DNA of 64,000 bases, taken from the NCBI GenBank assembly GCA_051942245.1, contig JAVECL010000056.1, forward strand, positions 1-64,000, written 5' to 3'. Below are positions 25,712-38,322 of the stretch, piece after piece; position 1 is the stretch's first letter, and the number at the start of each line of letters is the position of its first letter. Origin of the DNA: Trypethelium eluteriae (Eukaryota). Both the position numbers and the translations under genes were made by a program. The notes below the pieces were generated by a model that worked only from the letters and a program-made list of their open reading frames with translations, had not been told where the DNA came from and did not search any database.

Positions 25712-27560
25712 ATGAGTTCGGCAAACGAGATCGCGTCCATAGCCGACGAACGACTACGTGAGGACGAATCAACGCTTCACGACTCCGGCAAGGAAGAGCA
25801 AGATGAGAGTAGAGATCCTGGGTCGCTTCAGGAGTCGAATACTACCCATGCGTCGCAAGAAGAGCCGATAGAGCCCGCAGTCCCTTTCAAAGAGAAAGAA
25901 GCAGATTTTGAAAGGGGAGATATTCCAAATGAAGCCATCCGCAAAAAAACAAGCGAGACCCAGCACGACGGCCACGATCTAGCACGAACTGTCTCCACAG
26001 TCTCCGTCGCCGAAACCCTCAGCCTCCCCCACGAAATTGCCTTCGTCTTTGTGATATGCCTCGCCCAATTCATGACCCAGGCACGTCCTCCATCTCATCC
26101 CCTTCAAGCCCTCCGCCGTCCCCCAGCAAACCACCAAGATCCCCCTACTAATACACTTGTCGCAGGCCGGCTTCGGCCAAGCCCTCTCCATCCTCCACCA
26201 AATCGGCGCCGCCTTCGGACTGAACTCGCCCTCCGACCTCCCCTGGCTCATCGCCGCCTACTCCCTCACCGTCGGCACCTTCATCCTGCTCTCCGGCCGG
26301 CTCGGCGACCTCTTCGGCTACAAGCCGATGCTGCTCGCCGGGTTCAGCTGGTTCGCGCTGTGGTCGCTGGTCGCAGGTCTCGCCACCTACTCGAACCACG
26401 TGCTCTTCACCTTCGCGCGCGCCCTGCAGGGCATCGGCCCGGCGATCGTCCTCCCGAACGCCTTAGCCATCTTGGGCGCGACGTATGCGGCGGGCCCCAG
26501 GAAGGACATGGTGTTTGCGATCTTTGGCGCGACGGCGCCGGGCGGCAGTATTTGTGGGGGCGCGATGGCGGGCGTGTTGGCGTTGGCGTGGTGGCCGTGG
26601 GCGTTCTTTGCGTTGGCGATTGCGTTGGCGGCGACGGTCGTGCTGGGCTGGTGGGTCATTCCGGATCCGCCGGCGAAGAAGACGCAGTTGAAGCGGGTTT
26701 CGTGGAGGGAGAAGGTGAGGGAGATGGATTTGGCGGGGGCGACGATGGGGATTGTCGGGTTGGTGTTGTTTAATTTTGCGTGGAATCAGGCGCCTGCGGT
26801 TGGGTGGCAAAAAGCGTACGTTTACGTTACGCTCATTCTGGGAGTCCTTGCATTGGCGGTGTTCTTCTACATCGAGTTCCGGGTTGCGCGGACTCCGCTT
26901 ATTCCGTTTCATGCTTTCTCACCTGACGTGGCCTTCGTTCTGGGATGTGTCGCAGCCGGCTGGTCTTGTTTTGGCATATGGGTGTACTACATTTTTCAGT
27001 ACCTGCAAGTTCTTCGAGGTCTCTCGCCGCTGCTATCCATAGCGTGGCTCTCCCCCATACCCGTTGCCGGAGCAGTTGCTGCAATTACGACGGGATTTCT
27101 TCTCAGCAGAATTCGCGCCGCCTGGGTCATGACTATTTCTATGGCTTGCTTTCTTATCGGAGTCATCTTGATTGCAACAGCTCCCGTGGACCAAATATAC
27201 TGGGGACAGACTTTCGTGTGCACGATCATCATACCTTTCGGCATGGACATGAGCTTTCCAGCTTCTACAGTCATTTTGTCGAATGCGGTATCAAAAGAGC
27301 ATCAAGGTATTGCAGCGAGCTTGGTGGCGACTATCGTCAATTATAGCATTTCACTTGGTCTTGGGTTTGCAGGGACAGTGGAGGTACAAGTTAACAATGG
27401 CGGTACAAACAACGCGGATATCCTCAAGGGCTATAGAGGTGCATTTTACATGGGCATTGGCTGCGCGGGTCTTGGTCTGGGAATCAGCATCATTTTCCTG
27501 TTGAAGGGGTACTTGCATGATAGACAGAACGGGCGCAAGCGGGATCAGGAAGCATCGTGA
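25712..27560 (+). CDS. MFS multidrug transporter, DHA2 (ATR1-like)
   Basis: Exon 25712-26080, GC-AG intron 26081-26165, exon 26166-27560. Motifs WLIAAYSLTVGTFILLSGRLGDLFGYK, ARALQGIGPAIVLPNALAILG, GMDMSFPAS; many hydrophobic helices. Confidence 0.93.
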
Positions 27561-27675
27561 TGATGTATGATTGTTCAACATTTTAGAGAATAGATCAGGA
27601 TGTAACAATATAGATAGGTATTAGATGAAACTACCGCACCCTTTCACTGTCACAGTCTGGATTGATCGTTTTTCT

Positions 27676-28611
27676 TCATGCGGTCTTTACACGGCTGCCT
27701 GTACCACCAGACGTAAAGCTTAGTCTCCGTTCCAACCGAGTGAACATGTCTACGCCCATGAAGACCGCTAGAAAACACGTACGTTAGCCGAGATGACCAA
27801 AATCACAGAGTCGTTTCACTTCTTCATCCCAATACTATCTTGTGCAAAGAAAAGCGACAGAAGAGTTGCTTACACAGGATCAAATAAGGCACATAAAGCT
27901 TGCCGAGTTCCAACTTCTCCGCATTCGAAAAGCTACTCCAGCTAAGGTAGTCTGTAATGCAAGTCAAGGTTGTCATGGCTGTCTGAACAGCGAATATGAG
28001 GAGATGAAGGGGCACTTTTGGATCATCTAAACCTCGTCTTTCAGTATTTTGGATCACTCGTTTCCGGAAGGCAGATGGTTACCTCTCAGGAGAGCGCCAA
28101 CAGCCCATCCACTCAAAGGCATGTGATAGATCGCTTCCATCCATGTGTATGCATTAAACCAAGCACTGTCAATTTTCAGATGTGTCAGCAAACAGGCTCA
28201 GATTACTGAGATATTACACTGACGTAGCGAGTTCCTAGCCTTTGAGGCTTGAAGGAGAGGCCTGATATCTCGTCGTGTTTCTCTTCCATGCGGAATAATG
28301 AGGAGTAAAACTTTGTGCTGACAATCTGGAATCCTGCAAGAGAGATGGAAACTTACGGCGGCTTGACAAAGAATTGATCTCTGTACGTCGTAATGTACCA
28401 AGTGCGAATCTGGGAAACGATAGCAGGCTTCATTGATGTAGGATACAGCGGGGCGAGATCGACGACTACAAAAGGAGCTCTTTTCAGCACGGGTTCGATA
28501 CATTTTACATATGCGTTAATAGATTCACTCACGCAGCATAATAGGGATATGGATAGCGAAGAAGACGAGATAAAGCAGGTCGAGCCTGCGGGAGAAGATG
28601 GAAGTAGCCAT
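27676..28611 (-). CDS. EXPERA/TMEM97 (sigma-2 receptor/Ema19-like) membrane protein
   Basis: Five exons give MATSIFSRRLDLLYLVFFAIHIPIML.VDLAPLYP...WYITTYRDQFFVKPPAWFNAYTWMEAIYHMPLS...LYVPYLIL..FMGVDMF; the ORF track captures only one exon of it. Confidence 0.85.
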
Positions 28612-29058
28612 CTCTAGATGTTCAGTAAGCCAGACGATAGAACGCTAGGGTTCGTTTACGTTGAGTACTGCGAAAATGGCTGTCGATAGAGATGGAGAGA
28701 TTGCGGGATGTAGAGTGTTCGCGAGATAGACAAGACGGCGGCTGTAGGCGCTGCAAACGAATGCGATTGCATTTTGGGCCAATCATTTACGAGATTGCCA
28801 ACAACTCAAGCCTACGACACTGCTTTCAATCGTGGCTTGTAGATTTGAATCTTAACAGGAGTAAAGGCGTCCATATTTTCGAACATTAGTATACAATTCA
28901 TTTCGTTCGCACTCCACCCAGTGACTTCCGCTTCGCAGGTTCTATGAAGTCGGACTAATTCACCACAGCAAACGCCATGCTTATGAAAACTTGCAAATAG
29001 CGAAAATATTCGCGGAAAGGAAAAGACAAAGATCCAGAACGTCTGAAGCTGCCAGTTT

Positions 29059-32000
29059 TCATCCCCGGATAGCAGCCTCCAATTCGCCTCTCAGCACATC
29101 ACACTCCTCATTCTCTCGCTCAGACATCACACCGCCTTGCCTCACTACTCTCAACAACTCTGCCACCTCTGGTGCCTTTTCTGCACCACCACAGACGCCC
29201 TCGGCTGCTCTCCGCGTCTCACCGAACCAAACTTGTACCAAATACACGATTTCAGTAGCGATGTAGCGCCGATTGCGACCCGAGAAAGGCGCCTCATCGC
29301 TGTAATACTGGAGCTCAAGGACGCCGAGCAGGGTCTCGCGGGGGATGTCAAGATCAAGGAAGATGGAAAGGACCCAATGGGGAGTGCCGACACCGCGCTG
29401 TTGCTCGAAGGAGTAGCGAAGAAGGAGTGGGAGGAGGAAGTCTGTGATCCCGATATATTAGAGAGGGAACTTCGAAAGAGTCGAATGAGCAGGTAGGCAA
29501 ATAGTGAAGATAGACTTACTTGGGCTGAAGACCCATTCCGCTCTCAGAAGCTTCCGTCCCATTGTGCGTACAGTCTCCGCAACGCGCTCCCAAGGCTGCT
29601 GGGTCGCATCACGCTGCGCCGTCGCAGTGGCGTGCTCGCGACTGATGAGGCTCGACCAGGTGGAGAGGATGTCGTTCCTGCTGCGATAGTTGGCGCATAC
29701 AAAAAGCAGGAGTGCGATATCATAGTAGCCAGCCGGATCAATGTAATTGTTGTAGAGTTGGTCTACGGCCAAGACCTTGCCGTGCAGCTCCTTCAAGACG
29801 GTATCGCGGCGGTCGCCTTGGAGGCGATCGTCGGACCTGAGCGCTTGGACAAGGTCGGATTGGATGTCGGCGATTTCGATTAGGTCGCCTGCTTCCCGAA
29901 GAAGCTGCTGTCTCGTCATTCCTGGTGTGCCGTATGTCGAAACGCTACCCCCAAGCCCGGTGGAGGCGTTTGCCCTTGCTCGAGCAAGATACTCGATCCT
30001 CGAGTCTAATGAAATGTCGAATTCGCTCTTGGCTAGATGCAGTTGCACCTGGGCGGCTTCCCAGAATTCGCGCCGGCGGGCGTGGTAGTTCCAAAGCAAG
30101 TCTGCTTTGTCGCGTTCCTCTTTGGAGCGTCTCTCAAGGTACTTGACGACGAAGTGTGACCGAATATCTAACAGCCGCTCACTCCAACCTTGGCTCAGAT
30201 ACCAGTCGTACAGATTGGTTTGGAACACCTCGTCTTGAGATGCGTCAATGACATCATATGCCTCGCTCTTCCTCCTGCCTACGGCAGTGTATTGCCCATC
30301 GACGTAACCAGGGTCGTTCGCAGAAGCTTGGTCCACAGCTTGAATGACTCTGTGAATAAGTTCATAGCATTTCCTTCGTGACTCGAAGAATTCCCTTTTC
30401 CCATCCTGTAAATTGTGTAAGTCAAGATATCGGTGGAGTGAAGAATCAACATACCATCTCTGGGCATCCTTGTTCAATCCATGCCATAGCGCGATTGCTT
30501 GGATCTGATGCTTTGGCAACATCCAAGCACAGCTGAATGGCGCCTGCGAAAAATTCCAATTGGATATACTGATCCACAGTAGACTGCAGTTGCTCCGTTA
30601 TGAGGGCACCGCCAACTTTTTGAAATAACTTTAAGCTTTCATTCAACGAAGCACGTCCACGTTCTGTGTTCGCACCAGCTTCTGAAGCCTTTCTCAGCAT
30701 CTCCTGAGCTTTGAAGATAACGACGTCATCCGCACTACAGAAACTGCCACAGCGACGGCGTAGAGCCTCGGCGATGGTGTCGACATTTGAGCCAGCGGCA
30801 ATATTGCGATTCACTATTGCCTTGACCAATTCCTTGGCTAGATCTTTACCAGTGGGAGAGCAGAAGAGCGTCTCGAAAGTCAGCCCCTTTACTTCTCGTC
30901 GAACAGGCTCGGGCAGCGAGAGAATGACCTCGTCAGTGCGTTCATTGAACAGAACAAGCACGAATGCGATGCCTTCAATTACGTTCTCAATCAGTCGCGA
31001 CATCGAATGCATCGCTTGATGTTCACCCTGCAATGCAACTTCCTCCACTCTTGAGGTCGCATGTCGAAGGGCTTCAGGCCCCGAGAGTCCTTCAATGAAA
31101 GGCTTGTTCTTTTCCAGAAATTCCGAGAGTTTGTTGACATCCTTCTGAATTTCTTGCAGCCTCGAGATTGGAAGTGGAGGCTGGAAAGTTACTCCTCCTG
31201 TCGGTATGATAGCTTCTTTGACAACTTGCGCTTTCCAAAGAGATCGTGTGAGCCTCTCCAAGTATAGGGATAGACCTTTGTGCCTGGATGAGGGTTCTAC
31301 ATTTTCGACGGAGAGAGAGCTGTGATCGAGCATGCCAATGTCGTTGATTCTCGCCCCTGTTCCGAATTCCACAAAGATCTTTCTCGCAAATTCTAGGATG
31401 TCAGGATCCGTAATGGAGGACACGTGCAGATCTGAGGTGTCAACACCTTGGCCGCAAGCTACCGCCAGAGCAGTTGCCATAGTTTCGCTGCGGCCATATA
31501 ACGATGAGAATAACTTCACTTGGCCTTCTAGGCCTTCATCGCCACCCCCGTTGCGAATAGCCGTCGCAAAGATGTCGACAAGTCGCCGACGACGCATGAC
31601 ATGTATACCACCGCTGGTCAAGATTGCGATCTCTGTTGTAGGTTGGTCAAACTGGACAGCCATCTCATTTCCAAAGCCTGGAGGGCCGGATGAGGCACCA
31701 AATGGTGGTGTCAATAGGGCAACGTCTTGAACTGTGCCGCCCAACTGCAGGAAGACACCAAGTTCTGGATACTTGGTCACCTGCGAACTATCTCTCCCAA
31801 GCGCAATGCGTCCGGACTCGGGTGCCGACATGAAGAGCTGGTCATTCTGGGCCTGAAGATTAAGGCGGAAGAAGAAGAGGTTGAAACCCGGGGAAAAGCG
31901 ATAGACCTGATGAGTCTTGATAAGAGCCTTAGAGCTCACGTCCAGAGTTGGTTGCTGCTGACCGAGCGCGCCCGTCGTCACCATGGCTGTCCGCGGGGAA

Positions 32001-33387
32001 CGTAGAGCAGGACCGTCTGGAGGTGGAAACTTGACATGATGTACCTGCATGCTAGTTGGTGGGCTGCTCTGGTTCTGGGAATAATAGGAGTAGCCTGAAG
32101 TAGCGCTAAAGAAGATTCGGCAACCCGCATTTGTAGTTGCTTGTAACGTGAGGCGAGATGTTTCGTTAGCTGGAATTGGACTGATTGAAGTGATGTCGAA
32201 CTGGGCTGGTTGCAAGAGTTCCGAGTTACGAGGTACCATATGCGTGAGATTGCTCGTGATGTGGGAGCGTGGTTTGTTCAGGACTAGCTCGAGGACGTTA
32301 AAAGTCTTGATGTGAAAAACACGTATGTTTGATAGGTTCGACAGTGTGTATATCAGATTTCTCGAATCATCAACCACCATCTGCTTTATTTTCTCTTGAT
32401 CGACGTGTTGCCCAAACGAGATAGAAGGCAAAATCTGCTTGAATCCAGTTGTGGTATGGTTGATTTTGCTCACATTGCTCTTGAACCAGCCAACTTGCGC
32501 CTGATATAGCAACTCGTAAACCTCGTTGCTGGATTCGCCTCCGAAAAATATTCTGCCGCTCTTGTTGGAGGATACGATGAAGTTGACTGGGATGCCGCGA
32601 ACGGACATGCTCATGCCCGTTTCTGTAAGATCGAATCTATTGATGCCTTCTGCTCCGCCTGCTGGCGCAACACCCAGGATAATAATTTCCACCGTTGTTG
32701 CGATGACAAGTATGTGCCTGATGTGGGACTTGAAGACATTGACTCGAGGTTTGACAAGCTTCACCGCAGTGATATTGTTTGTGAGGCCCTCGTAGCCGCT
32801 TATAGTCGGGTTAGGATTCTTATAGTCCCAGAAATAGAAGGCATTGTCGATGGTGATCCAGACATGACTCAGCTCCGGAAACAATCCCATCTTCGTAGAC
32901 ATTTGGGCAAGATTGTACTGTTCGAGGACGGTGTCTGGGATATCATACGCTTCGCTTTTTTGAAATGGGCTCCACGCGGTATTTGGGCCCATGACATCGT
33001 ATTCGGAGGAGATTCCTTCTGTATGACCGTCAGTTCATGTAGACGAAGCAGCCTGCCGTATCAACACTCACGAGTGATGTATTGATCGAGCTCAAGAAAT
33101 CGAGCTTCTTGCGCCAGGGCCTCGTTGATGGTCTTTCGAGCGCGTTCGATCGGGCTCAGCTGTGGCAAGGTGGTACCAGTGACCGGCGCTGATACCTGTT
33201 GCACCGGTACTACAGCGCCAGCTTGACTCGGCGCATTATAGAGCGATCTTTGTGGATTGACTGTCGAGGACTGTCGAAAGATGTGTGGTCGTTGAGTTGA
33301 TGCTGGCTGCTGTCGACTCGTCGCTGGCGTCTGCATGAAGCCGCCTGGGAGGCGCTGCGGCGTTTGGGGGCCCGCAACGCTGGCCAT
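29059..33387 (-). CDS. NUP170: Nucleoporin Nup170/Nup157 (Nup155 family)
   Basis: Four exons (introns 33071-33019, 30454-30406, about 29519-29442). Motifs MGLFPELSHVWITIDNAFYFWDY, GRIFFGG, LRRRCGSFCSADDVVIFKAQE, LYDWYLSQG, SLDSRIEYLARA. Confidence 0.95.
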
Positions 33388-33792
33388 TTTGTGGAGAAAT
33401 AACTATTACAAAGACAGGCGTCGGATTCTAGTTAATACCTGGAAAAAGATGATGCTCCTGAAAAGATGCGGGTTAAGGTTGTGACGGTGCGCGCAGGATA
33501 CGATATTACGCAAAAGGAATTCATGGAGAGAGGCCAAGCGCTCTGAGGTGTGAGAGGGTTGGAGTGTCGAGTGGCCAGAACAACAATGTGAGTGATGATG
33601 TGTGAACGAAATATTTATTGTCGTTGTTAGTCGCGCCGGAAAAGTCGCGCGCAGCTCCCCAGACTTAGAGGTAGAGCTCACCTGGACCCTGACTAAAAAC
33701 CCCGTCTCGACTGTCCAGCACCAGCCTTCCGATTTTTATTCACCTACTTCCAAGTTGTCTTTGCGGAATATCCCTCCCCGAACGTCTCAAAC

Positions 33793-34353
33793 ATGCTTTA
33801 CATTGGTCGTCTAAGACTTTTCCGGTGGAGTCATGTCTGCCAACGGTGCCTCTATTCGGCTTCTGCAGCTCCACCACCTGCTCCGCCCTTGCTCCTTAAA
33901 CTTCGTTCCGATCTCAAAACTGCGATGAAAGCCAAGGACGCCAATCGTCTCAATGTTCTGAGGTCACTGCTTGCTGAAGTTACCAATGCCGCGAAGACTT
34001 CATCGCCCGTCAAGTCTGATATGCAATTGCTGTCATTGCTACGAAAACGTGCAGCAGCTTCCAAGGCTGCTGCTAGCGAGTTCCAGGATGCAGGAAGAGC
34101 AGATCTGAAAGAGAAAGAGGAAGCTCAGATGTCTGTACTAGATGGGTACATCGGCGGTGTGCAGGTGGTTGGGGAAGATGAAATTAAGAGAGTCGTCCGT
34201 GAGCGCATACGGCAACTTCAGGGTGATGGCATAAAGCTGGATCTGGGCAATGTAGTCAAAGTATTGCTTGGACCTGGAGGCGACTTTGATGGGAAACCAG
34301 TAGAGCGTGGATACGTCGCAAAAGAAGTGAAAAATGCATTGGCACCGTCATGA
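33793..34353 (+). CDS. AIM41: Mitochondrial YqeY/GatB-like protein Aim41
   Basis: Presequence-like N-terminus followed by LLLKLRSDLKTAMKAKDANRLNVLRSLLAEV and AGRADLKEKEEAQMSVLDGY. Confidence 0.88.
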   Translation: MLYIGRLRLFRWSHVCQRCLYSASAAPPPAPPLLLKLRSDLKTAMKAKDANRLNVLRSLLAEVTNAAKTSSPVKSDMQLLSLLRKRAAASKAAASEFQDAGRADLKEKEEAQMSVLDGYIGGVQVVGEDEIKRVVRERIRQLQGDGIKLDLGNVVKVLLGPGGDFDGKPVERGYVAKEVKNALAPS

Positions 34354-34662
34354 TATTCGTCTCTAACCCATCAGGAAATCTGCTATTGGACGCTCCCGTG
34401 GACGACCGAAAAGTTTGACAAAAGCCAGTACCCAGAAATGTAGCATCCCAGCATTCCTTGTACTAACAGTGTACGTATACTCCTCTGTACATATATACCG
34501 TAGATGCATCAAAAACTATTTACAACGATGCCTCCTTACCTGTTTACACGAATGGCGAGTACCTACAACCAAGTGAGCGCAAGACCAAGAGTCCAACGAT
34601 TGGAAGCAATTTTTGAGGTTGAAGTTGAGCATACAGTGCACGACGGCGTGGGATGTATACGG

Positions 34663-36111
34663 CTACGTGGGTTGAGCTGGTACTAGAGCATGTACTGGAG
34701 GACTCGAAAGGCTGACTGCTTCGATGTCGATATCCTTTCTGCCAACAATCCTCTTATCCAAACCAAGCCTCTGCACCACCCACTTTCCCATTCTTACACT
34801 CGGGGTGTCCAATAACTTTGTTCCACAGTCCGCAATGGCCAAACAGATTGGAAGCATGATTAGCATACATACTAGAAATCTTGAACTCATTCCTGCGGGA
34901 CCTATGTCAGGAATATATAGTCTATTGTCCCACCAGCTATCTTTTGCGCCAAAGGGAACCTGTCCGAATAGCCTGCCGATTCTATCGCCGAAAATACCCA
35001 GGACTGCAAGGTGGACCAAATACAGCATAAAGCTTACTTTTCCCAGGTATCGTAATGGTCGACTGTTTAGGAATTTCTGCAGCCACTGAATACGGAGAAT
35101 AGAGTAAACAAGCAACAAGGCGCCCCAGGAATGCCAGTATCGGTAATATTGCGTCAGGTTATAGGCCTTTGGCGTCCAAAGGGTAAGATAATGCCAGCCA
35201 AGTGTGTCGAGGGAATATTCGGGGTGGCCATCATGTGATGGCTGACACAGAAGGTAGAATCCTGCGACAAAGAGAAAATGCTTCAGGGACGACTGCGCTC
35301 GCTGACTGTAGTGCCTGCTCAGATATGTCATATCCATGGAGTGTACATCAAGAATTGACAGGGCGAGGCCAGCGACGAAGCATGCCATCGTCCATTTGCC
35401 AAGATGAAGGAGCACGGTGAATGAAGTCATCAGGAGTGCTAGACTCAAGAGCTGAGACGATCCGCTAAACGCGCAGATTGCTACTAAGCTGTAAACCAAC
35501 ATGGACCCTTTCAATTCAATTGGAATTGTCCAAACCACGAGGTTGTACGAGTACCAAGCGCGATTGGATCCGTGTGTTTGAAAAGGGTTAAAAAAGTTTA
35601 TCGATTCGATCAGCCAGTGTGTAAGTTCTGCGAAAATGCTTGCTTTCGGTGGAGCCCATGGGATGTCAGGCACGATACCAAAGGGTGCATGCATAAGTAT
35701 GGCATACGTGAGCGTCACACCCAATGTTGGTATATATAGCCGAAGGGGTCTTCGAATGATGGCTGATATTAAGCTCATAACGCATGCAGGCTGTTCTCCA
35801 TCTCGCAGCAGACATAGTGAGGACTTGCTAAGGACATAGCCTGAGAGAATGAAGAAGATGGCGACGGCCGCACTGCCCCCGCTAAACACAATTCGCAGGA
35901 AAGGAAGACTCGCAAGATAGTAGTACTGGCCTTGTTCGCCGAAGCCGTGCTCGTGGACGTTCGCATCAAACGAGCCAACATAGTGCTGAATGAACACAAA
36001 AAGAGCAGCGAGTCCCCGAAGGCCGTCAAGGAAGGCTGTAGAGCGATTTTGGAGTTTCGCCGGTGTTTGTGAAGTTGGACCTTGGTGCTCTTGTGGATGT
36101 CTGGGATCCAT
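34663..36111 (-). CDS. Acyltransferase-3 family membrane O-acyltransferase
   Basis: 482-aa intronless ORF with FLDGLRGLAALFV, AVAIFFILSGYVLS, RRPLRLY, WTIPIELKGS and YLGKVSFMLYLVH. Confidence 0.9.
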   Translation of the reverse strand: MDPRHPQEHQGPTSQTPAKLQNRSTAFLDGLRGLAALFVFIQHYVGSFDANVHEHGFGEQGQYYYLASLPFLRIVFSGGSAAVAIFFILSGYVLSKSSLCLLRDGEQPACVMSLISAIIRRPLRLYIPTLGVTLTYAILMHAPFGIVPDIPWAPPKASIFAELTHWLIESINFFNPFQTHGSNRAWYSYNLVVWTIPIELKGSMLVYSLVAICAFSGSSQLLSLALLMTSFTVLLHLGKWTMACFVAGLALSILDVHSMDMTYLSRHYSQRAQSSLKHFLFVAGFYLLCQPSHDGHPEYSLDTLGWHYLTLWTPKAYNLTQYYRYWHSWGALLLVYSILRIQWLQKFLNSRPLRYLGKVSFMLYLVHLAVLGIFGDRIGRLFGQVPFGAKDSWWDNRLYIPDIGPAGMSSRFLVCMLIMLPICLAIADCGTKLLDTPSVRMGKWVVQRLGLDKRIVGRKDIDIEAVSLSSPPVHALVPAQPT

Positions 36112-37653
36112 GAGCGTCTACGAGTGCTAGATGCTGTTCCTATGAATCCGCCGTGAGATGTTCCAAGGATCCGACTCTCTGTCATTCGTCATTGAAGGAT
36201 CATGATTTTAGGCCGCCGCTGGTATTGGGTTGGGTCGTCGCCAAATGGTAAGAAGCTGGGAGGTACTCATTTTCATATTATCGCTCACATGCCGAGGCTG
36301 GGAAATTTTGTGTCGAGAACCCCAGCGCAACATCATTCTACCCCTGCCTAAAGAAGTGCTTAAAGGAAGACAAGTCAAGGAAGAGGATGGGGATCCCTCC
36401 AGTAGGCTAGCCACCCTGCGCGAACTCCATGGAGGCGTGGTATCTTAGCGCCTGTCAGGGAGTCCCTGGATTCATGCTGAAGTGGCTGGTCACCGTGAGC
36501 AATCCCACGGACGTGGGCAAATTGCTGAGCCTGAGGTACAAACAATCGTACTAGTCATTTAACATGCAGAGTCATAATACTTGTGAGGCTATTAGCGTCC
36601 AGTCTTACTGTCGGCTAGCAGCTGGTGCCATCAAAGAACAGAGATACGATGTGCCTTATGCAACAAGGGCGACTGTGATCACATGGAAGCCGTCTGGACA
36701 ACAGGGAGTGAGGATGCCCCGAATCTTCCACATCAGCCAAATACAACATCATCGAAAGATCAAAAGAGTCGGGAATCATAGCAAGTACCTGACGCATAGC
36801 TTACCATGCTCCTCTGTGGGCTGTAAGATGGATTGCTTGTGTTTGAGACTGTAATACGACCAGGTAGGGAAGGTGTAGTTGAACCTGGACCGTAAAGTTG
36901 AAATAAGCGAGGATCGGTAGTGTGAGCCGAGAAGCTGTGTAATTGGTGGAGATGAGAAGGCGGGGAAACGGACCCCATGCGTGCCCTATTGCGCAGGAGC
37001 TTCTAGACACCCAGAGATTTTACCTGGGACCCTTCAGGCAGGGCCCTTGATGCATGCAAGATGGAGAAAGACCCAGTGGGGTTGACGAGACTTTACGATA
37101 GAGTAGCGAAATCTTTTTTACGATAGCGATCAAACTCCCCTACTCATCATCTTCAGTGAACGTCGTGGCCATAACCATAGGTATGCTTCGGAATAGAGTA
37201 CACGAAAAGGACTCTTTCAGATCCATTTTATCAAGTCGGTGAAACCACCTAGTCACGCCCTTCCGATTATTTTAGTGCTTAGAGGTACCATTTCCTTGCT
37301 TTCCTACAACTCGCTCCTCTTACTATGTCTAATTGCTTGAGAAGCCTTCATTTTCTACATGCATTTCCCTTATATGTAAGGAAGCCTGGTGAGCAGATGG
37401 ATGGATCCTGTATGTTGAAACGCCCTGCTATCGCAACTAATCCAACGGTCCTTGCCAAAATGAATGACGCTTTGGTCGCGAAGGCACTCGTTAATTTGAA
37501 TCCTACCACTTTACAGAATCACCATTAACCCAAATTACAAAACGCAGACCGCCCAACGATTGTGACAGAAAGAAGCATTACACGAGTCATTGGGGGTCTC
37601 CACTGTCCAAGCATTCTTTCTTTCTACAACCAACACAATCCGCCATCATTCAA

Positions 37654-38322
37654 TCACACAATAACGCAGCGGTTCCAGCCCCCTGCATCCGGATCATTCA
37701 TTGCCCTCCCTTTCCCTCTCAAATCCCGCGACTGCCTTCCAACAAATTCCTTGATATCCCAAAACTGGTTACTGTCCGGCCCTCCCTCCGGCCTCTTCCA
37801 TTCCGATCTCGGAGGATAAGGCGATTTATCAAACAGTAGCCTCCGCGCGTATCGGTACTGCTCTGAATTTGGAGGACTACCATCACAAGGTTCCTTGAAA
37901 TTGCCCTCCTCGATTCTGATCGAATACACCTTGGGCTGGAAGGAGTCGTCGACTAAGTTATTCCCGTTAAGATTTTTCATGTTTAATAGAGCCGTGCTTT
38001 CGCCACATTGCGGGAGCTGGTTGACTAGAGTGATTTCGACATCGAGCTGCCCAAGAACCTTAGGGGTCTTCGTCCAGGTGCTACCCGTGTCTTGGCTTGG
38101 ATTAGATGACTTGATGGTCTTCCATTGAATGTCCGCAAAGATGAAGTAGTTGAAATTGCAGCGGCATGAGATCTTTTTAACTTGTTAGCAACCGAGGCAT
38201 GTGGTGTGTGAAACGCTGCACACCTGGCCTGTGCCGTCTTTGCGGAACTTGATCCATCTGCCTTCTTCGTCAAAAGACCACTGCTCCTCTTCGAATAGTA
38301 TAGAGCTTAGGGTTTCATTCAT
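37654..38322 (-). CDS. Hypothetical protein with C-terminal CaaX motif (CVIV)
   Basis: Exon 38322-38224 (MNETLSSILFEEEQWSFDEEGRWIKFRKDGTGQ), intron 38223-38173, then an in-frame exon through RLLFDKSPYPPRSEWK to GGWNRCVIV*. Confidence 0.75.
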
